The notes below the pieces were generated by a model. The model worked only from the letters and a program-made list of their open reading frames with translations, searched no databases and had not been told where the DNA came from. Of a stretch of 64,000 bases of DNA, positions 57,559 to 64,000 are shown piece after piece. A program made the translations under genes and the position numbers. The number at the start of each line of letters is the position of its first letter. Within the stretch, counting starts at the first letter, position 1. Origin of the DNA: Alkalispirochaeta sp. (lineage in GTDB: Bacteria; Spirochaetota; Spirochaetia; DSM-27196; Alkalispirochaetaceae); assembly GCA_965601925.1 (NCBI GenBank), contig OZ271854.1, positions 4,256,001 to 4,320,000 on the forward strand. Reading direction: 5' to 3'.

Positions 57559-57600
57559 GGCGTGTCCTCAGGGGAACGTTGTAGAGACGGATCGTCAAAT

Positions 57601-57659
57601 TCGGTCACTCAACAGGAGGAAGGTTGCGTTCCTCGCCAACGGCTCCGGTACGCAACCGA
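57601..57659 (+). repeat. Further copy of TCGGTCACTCA.CAGG + REP-like hairpin
   Basis: GGTTGCGTTCCTCGCC...CGGTACGCAACC 57622-57657; reverse complement match to 9122..9163. Confidence 0.72.
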
Positions 57660-58092
57660 CATGGAGTCGCGACCGTCACTGACGACCGGTACCGGCACGG
57701 TGTTGCTGGGATGGCTCGGCCTCAGTCGATGTTGGGGAGATGAATCCATACCGGACGGATACCCACACTACACGGACGAGATGGTGGTGGCTAAGCCTCC
57801 GCCTTTTTCGGGTTGCATCGTCAGTATGGGCGCGCCGTTGTGCAGCCGGCCCATCAACAAATCAATCGTCTCACGAGCGCATTCCGGGATTGGTGTGGAT
57901 CAACTATCGACGGATCGGTCGAGCCGACACGCTTTGTGCGACATTTCTATGCGTGTCGATCCCGATTGAATCGTTGCATGTGCTCGGGTGTCTCTCCATG
58001 ACCGACTCATCGATGCCTCTGCGTTCGGTTTCTCATCGCTTCGTCGCTCCGATGAGGTTTTGGATAACACTAAGTCTCGGCACTTAGGGACG

Positions 58093-59355
58093 CTACGATA
58101 CCCAAAGATCCGAGTCGTACTTCGCGCGGTCGTCACGCAGCAACTTAATGACTTCGTCACCGCGGCCAAGCTCCTCGAATCGGTCATAGAACCCACCGTT
58201 CACGACAAACCAATACAGAACGTATGCGTTGGGCCGGCGAAACGGGGGCATGCTGGACGGGTTCGTCGGGTTAAACTCGCTCATCGGACGGCGCGTCGCC
58301 GCATCCAGCGCATCTTGCAGGGTCGCCAGCGCTCTGTCGTACTGTTCCAGCCCTAAATACGCCATCGCCAACCAATAGTTTCCGCCAACATATTTCGCCG
58401 TCTGAACCATGAGGTACTCGTTATCTCGCTGCTCCGAAGTGAGGTCGACGATCTCCTCGTACTCACCAGTCCGGTACAGTACTTCGAGAATCCGTGAATA
58501 GTAAGACAATCGCCCAATCGAAAGGCGCTCGACATCGATGGTCCGGCTTACCTCGAGCGCTCTATCATAGGCGGCATGCTGAACATAACCGCTGAACACA
58601 TAGAGCCGCGTGTCGTAATCGTTCGCGGCGGCTACCTCTTCTGCCGCAAGCAACGCCCTTATGTGGTAGAAACCAGAGTCAAGATCACCGGCCCGCACAC
58701 TTATGATTTGATCAGCTTCAACCACCGATCGGGCGTCGGGATCAAGAATCGATAGATCATCCGGGTCGACTTGATCCAAGTACGGCGTGTAGTATTCGAT
58801 GGGCGCGATCGACAAGACGTAACGAGGTGATAAGAAACCGGCGAGCGTAAACTCGCGTTCCGTCAACGGTGGCGACGTAGCCATTATGTGCTCTAAGTAG
58901 ATGTTAACAAAGTCTCGAACAGGGTGTGTGTGATGCCAACTCGCCTCGTATAAGTAACTGTAGGTACCTTCAAACGGTCGCCCAGTGACACGACCATACT
59001 CGCGCAAGTACAGCAAACTGTCGATGTCTCGGTCCGCAAGAAGCATTCCGATTCCCATCGTCCGCAGGTATCGTGCATGGTCGTCCTCGAAGACTTCATC
59101 ACGATGATACGAGACAAAGTCCATGAGTTGTGATACGCGTTGTGGCGCATCGAACCGACCCCTGGGAACGACGACCGATCCACGCTCGATACGCTCGAGA
59201 TCGGCTTGCCAATCGTATGGGTATTGCGGCGCGTCGGGGTCATTGCGAACACCGAGCCGCGAAGAACGCGCTGGGCCGCTACACGCGACGAGGCCAATAG
59301 TTACAACCACGATCGCGAGCGCCGCCGGGAGTCGTTTAGTTTTCCAGAAGGCCAC
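58093..59355 (-). CDS. Lipoprotein with C-terminal TPR-like repeats; candidate immunity protein
   Basis: VVTIGLVA-C lipobox; YWLAMAYLGLEQYDRALATLQDAL TPR; Tyr-rich, AT-richer DNA; start overlaps upstream gene by 20 nt. Confidence 0.75.
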   Translation of the reverse strand: MAFWKTKRLPAALAIVVVTIGLVACSGPARSSRLGVRNDPDAPQYPYDWQADLERIERGSVVVPRGRFDAPQRVSQLMDFVSYHRDEVFEDDHARYLRTMGIGMLLADRDIDSLLYLREYGRVTGRPFEGTYSYLYEASWHHTHPVRDFVNIYLEHIMATSPPLTEREFTLAGFLSPRYVLSIAPIEYYTPYLDQVDPDDLSILDPDARSVVEADQIISVRAGDLDSGFYHIRALLAAEEVAAANDYDTRLYVFSGYVQHAAYDRALEVSRTIDVERLSIGRLSYYSRILEVLYRTGEYEEIVDLTSEQRDNEYLMVQTAKYVGGNYWLAMAYLGLEQYDRALATLQDALDAATRRPMSEFNPTNPSSMPPFRRPNAYVLYWFVVNGGFYDRFEELGRGDEVIKLLRDDRAKYDSDLWVS

Positions 59356-62300
59356 TGATTAGTTCCTCGTAGTCTCGCACCCATTGATCTGCATCCGCGA
59401 TATCCTGATACGTCGGTCGAGTAAGCGGATCATTGTTGATTCGATACAAATCTTCCAGGTAATCAGGACTCATCAACGAACTGTATCGATAACCGCTTTG
59501 TACCTTTAAGTTTGCCATATTCATGGTTTCAGTATACTCCCGTAGCCAACTCGACGAAGTCAGGCCGGTTAGTGCCTGTGTCCCGGCGTTGAGGCTTTCG
59601 AAGTCAACGTAGCCGGGGACTTCGATGTACTGATCCATCTCGACGCCGGGATATGTCGGAAGAAGGGTATCGGGATCGTATTCTTCTCCCACGATGTCCG
59701 TATCCTTCATGTGACCTCCGTGGAACAGAAGGTTCAACTCGTCGGGGTCGGTGATGCCGTCCTCGTAGATCCGGTCGCCGAGCCACCGATATCGTGAACT
59801 CCCGACTTCGCCGAGCTCCTCGATGTGGGCGTCCCGCATTCCCGGTTCTATTGCAAACGCCAGGTCGATCTCCGCTTCTTCGGCGAGGCCGAAGATTGTG
59901 TTGTCGCGGCCACTCTCGTGGTGCCAAGACGTCTCACCTTCCGGCAACGTAAACAGGTCGAAGATCTCGTTGGCGGCGGTATAGCTTGTCGCGAACGCGC
60001 TGGTCACCCGCGCCGCTTGCGCGGTGATTGCGGCGGTGCTGGCTGTGGTGGCCAGTGCCGTCGCGGTCGTGAGCGTTCTGCTCAATCCGGCAGTTACCAG
60101 TGTTGCCGCAATGGAAACCCCGGATACCAACGCGTTATGCGCAATCTGCTCATCGGAAAGCGGCGCGGCCGACACGTGTCGATGGTGTTCTCGGCCCCTT
60201 ATGTTGGCAAACCACGTTGATACGTTGCGGGCGTCGCCACCGAGCGTGACGTTAAAGAAATTCTCGATCGGCTCGGGCACCGCGTCGAGGGTGGGATACA
60301 CTCCGGCGTATCCGGTCTCCCGCGCTTGCTCCGCGGTAAACGGTCGTGCGTACTGCGGTTGACTTTGGTCGTTTATCTGCCAGTTCTCCGTTGTCCCTAC
60401 CTGCATGTACGTCTCGGCGAGAAACTCCGTGTCGTTCGCGAGTCCATGGGCCACCAGCTGGCTGTAGGTCTCCGCCTGGAAGACGTACGCGACTCCTTCG
60501 ATGGCATTGCCGGCGACGTGCGTTCCTTCGTGGGACATCACTGCCGCGAGTTTTGAGGCGGTATCGGTGTCGTTTGCAAGGAAGCTTTCATCGAACACCA
60601 CGCGGTCGGAGCCGCTCCCGGCGTCGTACATCCCGAGTGCGTCGCCTTCCAGATCACGGAAATCGGCTTGGAGCTCGCGGTTCCACAATGCATCAGCCGT
60701 CAGGTGGTTGTTCTCGATGTTGGTGTACCCGAGACGGTTGACACCATTCAGGATCGCCCGGTTCTCCCGTCCCCGCTGCGTCCCCAACGCTCCACCGACC
60801 TTCGCACCCGTCACTCGTGCGATGTCGCCGATACCCGCAAGACTCTGTCCCACAAGGTCCACACCGACATCGTAGCTCCCACCGCCAACGCCAAATAGTG
60901 CCCCGTTTCCCCCGAGTTGCAGGTTGATCAATCCGCCGGAGAGTCCCTTTCGTTCGAGACCGGTGACAAACGTCCCGTCCGTCGCCGCAGGCACCTCACC
61001 GGGCGCACGTCGGTTGAAGATCCGCGCGTCCAAAATACTCAAGCTCGTACTGCCGTCGATCAGATAATCCGTGGCCGCTCCGATCCCACTCGCCGTCAAC
61101 CTCGCCGCGCTTGAGAGGGCTCGGAGATCGAAGGTGTTGCCCGCCAGCTTGTCACCGATACCGTCGGTCGTCAGGAAGTTCTCCAGCGTGCCGTTCACAA
61201 ACCCCTGCGCCGCGCCGCCGGCGTAGCCCGCTACCGCACTCTCGCCGAACGTCGCGCGGCGAAAACCTCGTTCGTCAAAGTCCACGTCCCAGTCGCCGTC
61301 GATTGAGAAAGAGTTGATGGCGCTGCTCACCGCCGTCGTCGTCACCGCTTGCGCCGTGCTCATCCCCACGTTCACCGCCGTCTGCGTGATCGCCTTGCTG
61401 CCTTCCACGGCCGCCGTCGCCGCCGTTCCCAGTTTGTCGAATCCATAACCTACACCCGCCGTCGCCAAGCTCACCGCCGTGCTCTTCGCGAAGCTGCCAA
61501 AGGCGTCGTCCGCGTCCGCGTATCCGGTCGCCACGTCCGCCATCGTGAAGACCGCATTCGTCGCTACCGATGCGAGAACGGCGCCGAATCCCGCGCCCCC
61601 TGTGGCGATACCCACCGCCACGCTGGTCACCGTCGTGATGTTCGGCGCGCCGAAGAGCCCGTCCGGGTTCCCGTCGTTGTCCGCGTCGTCGTCCCACATC
61701 CGCATCCGGTGCAGTGGTACGTCAATCATCGCCAACCCGCGCCCCACCCGCGCCTCGTTCCGGTAGAAGTCCTCCATGATCCGGCCCATCTCGCCGTAAC
61801 CCGCTTCCCGCACCTCTTCCGGTTTGTTCGTCTTCATTACCGGTGCGTAGCCCACGTGGTAGTTGAACAGTCCCTCCGTATCGTGGTGCAGGTACTCCTC
61901 CTCGCCGCTCTCCTCGTTCTCGCGCGTTCGGTTGTAACCGGCGGCCCGCGTCCAGCTCGCCTCCACCGCTGCAAATCGGTCCGCCAGCGCCCCGTTCAGC
62001 TCCTCGATACTCATCACCGCGGCTCCGTCGGTCTTCTGCGCCTCGCTCCGTCCGAAGATCAGGATCTGGTACCGCTCCATCTCCTCGTACGCCGCGTCGA
62101 TCATTGCCCGTATACCCCGACTCGACAAGCCGTCCAGCGCCTCCTCGGAAAGGTCCACCGTCGCTTCAAACACCGGTACGGTGAAGTCGCGGTAGTCTTC
62201 CACGCGGTGCGTCTCCCGCTCGATCCCGCCGAACAGCGTCTCGTCGATGATTACCCTTCTGTTCCACTCGCGTCCCGATAGCCGGTACCCCGCTCGTTCC

Positions 62301-64000
62301 ATGGTGGTGTCGATGTTCTCCGAGACCGACCGGTTCGCCTCGTCGATTCCGTCATCGACCGCTACGATGCTCTCGCGGATCTGTTCGTTCATCTGCAGCG
62401 CCGTGACCCGCATCGCGTGTTGTTGAATCTCCTCGCCCAGTGCGTCCGCCACGCCGCGAGCGCTCTCGGCGCTGTCGGTGGTCGACCGTACGCCGGGGAG
62501 GTAGGCCGCTATCACCACCGTCTCTCCGGCTCGCCCCGCCATCGCACCCGCGGCGCTGATCATATCGGTCAGGAGCGTATCGTCGGTCGCCTGCCGCACG
62601 GCGAGCTCGAGGTCGCCCGTTTCAATCGTCAGGTCCGGTACGGCGATCGCTTCGCTCCGCGCGATGAGGTACTCGGCGTCTAACCCCATTTGACGCGCCG
62701 CGGCCTCGCTTCCGGCGCGTACCGCGTGGTGCGTCGCGCCGTCGATCCATTCATCTCGGGATACGATGAGCGCTTCGTAACGCAGGTCCCACACCGCCGC
62801 CGCCTCGGCGTACTCTTCGGCGGTCTCTTCTTGAAAGCGTTTGCGCTGGCCCGCCAGACGGATGTATCCGTGATCCCACTCCTCGGCACCCGCGGCGACG
62901 AGGCTCTCCATCCTGTTGCTCCAGCTGTCGTGGCGCCGCGTCAGCGCCTCGTACTCGACGGTGAACTGGTGCACGTACTCCGTCTGTACGCTCGTCATGC
63001 GGGCTGCGGCGGCGTCGTAAATGTGGTTGGAAATAATCGAGAGTTGCACGGCGCGCGCCTCGTCGTTGGTGTTCGCCGGGTCGTCCGCAACGCTCTGGAG
63101 CGACGTAAGGCGGTATGCCATGTGGTCTGCGGTGTCGTAGGTTTGGCCGGCGAAGCGCGCGCGGGCGGCCACCTCCAGGTCCGCCTCGCTTACATCCTCG
63201 CCGCGCAGATAGCGGCCCAACACCTCTTCGTAGTTCACCTGATCGGTGTGTTGCTCGGTCTGCAGTTCGACGACGCGCACGTTCACCGCTTCGCCCGCTG
63301 CAACCATGTCGCGTGCCAGACGCTCCTGCGCCGCGGCCATGACCGAGAGGCTCGTCGCCGTTTCCGAGGCGTTGCCGGTCGCCACCACGTCGCGGATCGC
63401 CTGTTGGAGCCGCGCGGAGGTGCCCGCCACACCCGCCGCGGTCAGCGATGCAATGACCTCGTTTGCGTCGGGACGGTTTCCGGTAATGCGTGCTACATCG
63501 GCGGCCAATGTGTTCTGCTCACCGATGGTTCGACTCCCGTCGGCAAACAGCTGCATCGTGATCGATCTCTGATCCTTGCCCGACAGATCGGGGTCCTGGC
63601 GGCGCAGCTGCTTGATGCGCCGTCCCTCGCGCTTCTTTCCGGGTGAGCGGTACCACTTCGTCAAGCTCCGTTGCCGATCGCGCGCCTCGTCATCGACGAA
63701 GTCGTGCGCAATTTTTGACACGTCGTTGTTTATCGCCCTGACCTGTCTCTGGTCCAACTCGACCGGCCCGCCGCCCTCGGTCAGCATCGCAAAGAAGCGA
63801 TACGCGCCGCGACTCAAACTGGTCGCTCGGACTCGGTTGTAGGCGGCGCGCGTCCGCTGTTCCAGCTCCCAGTTCAACGTTCCCTCCCTGATCGTCAAAC
63901 CGGTATATCTATGAGTGTACGGATCCATTCGCACATTGGCCTTGTCCATCAACTTGACGAAGGTCTGATTGGTCAGAATCGACGCCTCACCCACGCGATG
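59336..64000 (-). CDS. Very large protein (5' end probably outside window) with coiled coils, Gly/Ala-rich hydrophobic segments, HExxH motif and distinct C-terminal domain; candidate polymorphic toxin
   Basis: Open at least 1552 codons to the window edge; AAVMSHEGTH at 60518-60532; DDDADNDGNPDG Ca-binding-like loop. Confidence 0.75.
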   Translation of the reverse strand, partial: HRVGEASILTNQTFVKLMDKANVRMDPYTHRYTGLTIREGTLNWELEQRTRAAYNRVRATSLSRGAYRFFAMLTEGGGPVELDQRQVRAINNDVSKIAHDFVDDEARDRQRSLTKWYRSPGKKREGRRIKQLRRQDPDLSGKDQRSITMQLFADGSRTIGEQNTLAADVARITGNRPDANEVIASLTAAGVAGTSARLQQAIRDVVATGNASETATSLSVMAAAQERLARDMVAAGEAVNVRVVELQTEQHTDQVNYEEVLGRYLRGEDVSEADLEVAARARFAGQTYDTADHMAYRLTSLQSVADDPANTNDEARAVQLSIISNHIYDAAAARMTSVQTEYVHQFTVEYEALTRRHDSWSNRMESLVAAGAEEWDHGYIRLAGQRKRFQEETAEEYAEAAAVWDLRYEALIVSRDEWIDGATHHAVRAGSEAAARQMGLDAEYLIARSEAIAVPDLTIETGDLELAVRQATDDTLLTDMISAAGAMAGRAGETVVIAAYLPGVRSTTDSAESARGVADALGEEIQQHAMRVTALQMNEQIRESIVAVDDGIDEANRSVSENIDTTMERAGYRLSGREWNRRVIIDETLFGGIERETHRVEDYRDFTVPVFEATVDLSEEALDGLSSRGIRAMIDAAYEEMERYQILIFGRSEAQKTDGAAVMSIEELNGALADRFAAVEASWTRAAGYNRTRENEESGEEEYLHHDTEGLFNYHVGYAPVMKTNKPEEVREAGYGEMGRIMEDFYRNEARVGRGLAMIDVPLHRMRMWDDDADNDGNPDGLFGAPNITTVTSVAVGIATGGAGFGAVLASVATNAVFTMADVATGYADADDAFGSFAKSTAVSLATAGVGYGFDKLGTAATAAVEGSKAITQTAVNVGMSTAQAVTTTAVSSAINSFSIDGDWDVDFDERGFRRATFGESAVAGYAGGAAQGFVNGTLENFLTTDGIGDKLAGNTFDLRALSSAARLTASGIGAATDYLIDGSTSLSILDARIFNRRAPGEVPAATDGTFVTGLERKGLSGGLINLQLGGNGALFGVGGGSYDVGVDLVGQSLAGIGDIARVTGAKVGGALGTQRGRENRAILNGVNRLGYTNIENNHLTADALWNRELQADFRDLEGDALGMYDAGSGSDRVVFDESFLANDTDTASKLAAVMSHEGTHVAGNAIEGVAYVFQAETYSQLVAHGLANDTEFLAETYMQVGTTENWQINDQSQPQYARPFTAEQARETGYAGVYPTLDAVPEPIENFFNVTLGGDARNVSTWFANIRGREHHRHVSAAPLSDEQIAHNALVSGVSIAATLVTAGLSRTLTTATALATTASTAAITAQAARVTSAFATSYTAANEIFDLFTLPEGETSWHHESGRDNTIFGLAEEAEIDLAFAIEPGMRDAHIEELGEVGSSRYRWLGDRIYEDGITDPDELNLLFHGGHMKDTDIVGEEYDPDTLLPTYPGVEMDQYIEVPGYVDFESLNAGTQALTGLTSSSWLREYTETMNMANLKVQSGYRYSSLMSPDYLEDLYRINNDPLTRPTYQDIADADQWVRDYEELISGLLEN

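Noticed and set aside
57904..57999. Short minus-strand ORF containing SIGIDTHRN, reminiscent of an IS110 transposase N-terminus
   Set aside because: Only 31 codons, with no further DEDD similarity visible in adjacent frames; likely chance
57562..58196. Several 60-135 aa ORFs downstream of the lipoprotein as orphan toxin or immunity cassettes
   Set aside because: No similarity seen to the large protein, no convincing RBS, atypical composition

Overview
GC-rich chromosomal window from a free-living-type spirochaete (Spirochaetaceae-like). The assignment rests on the flaA-cheA-cheW/cheR-cheX-cheY operon, a spiro-SPASM protein, a UPF0164 outer-membrane protein and a spirochaete-type EF-G2. Most of the window is core genome: two EF-G paralogues, citrate synthase, trmB, mfd, tRNA-Asn and tRNA-Val, MscS, chemotaxis genes, a sugar-nucleotide/ATP-grasp/amidase operon, xseAB, a giant BNR-HAMP-PP2C sensor, KtrAB and an M29 aminopeptidase. 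The most unusual elements are: (1) an orphan phage-like lysis cassette of an Amidase_2 endolysin followed by two membrane-anchored coiled-coil genes, one nested entirely inside the other, each with its own RBS (spanin Rz/Rz1-like geometry); (2) at the right end, a giant partial protein with a HExxH motif and an AT-richer C-terminal domain overlapping an AT-richer lipoprotein gene, resembling a polymorphic toxin/immunity pair; (3) a family of composite palindromic repeats shared by two intergenic regions about 48 kb apart; (4) a duplicated tRNA-Asn 3' end plus terminator; (5) paralogous TetR genes sharing a TGAG-N6-CTCA operator; (6) several apparently leaderless genes. All calls come from reading the sequence and recognising motifs; no searches were run.
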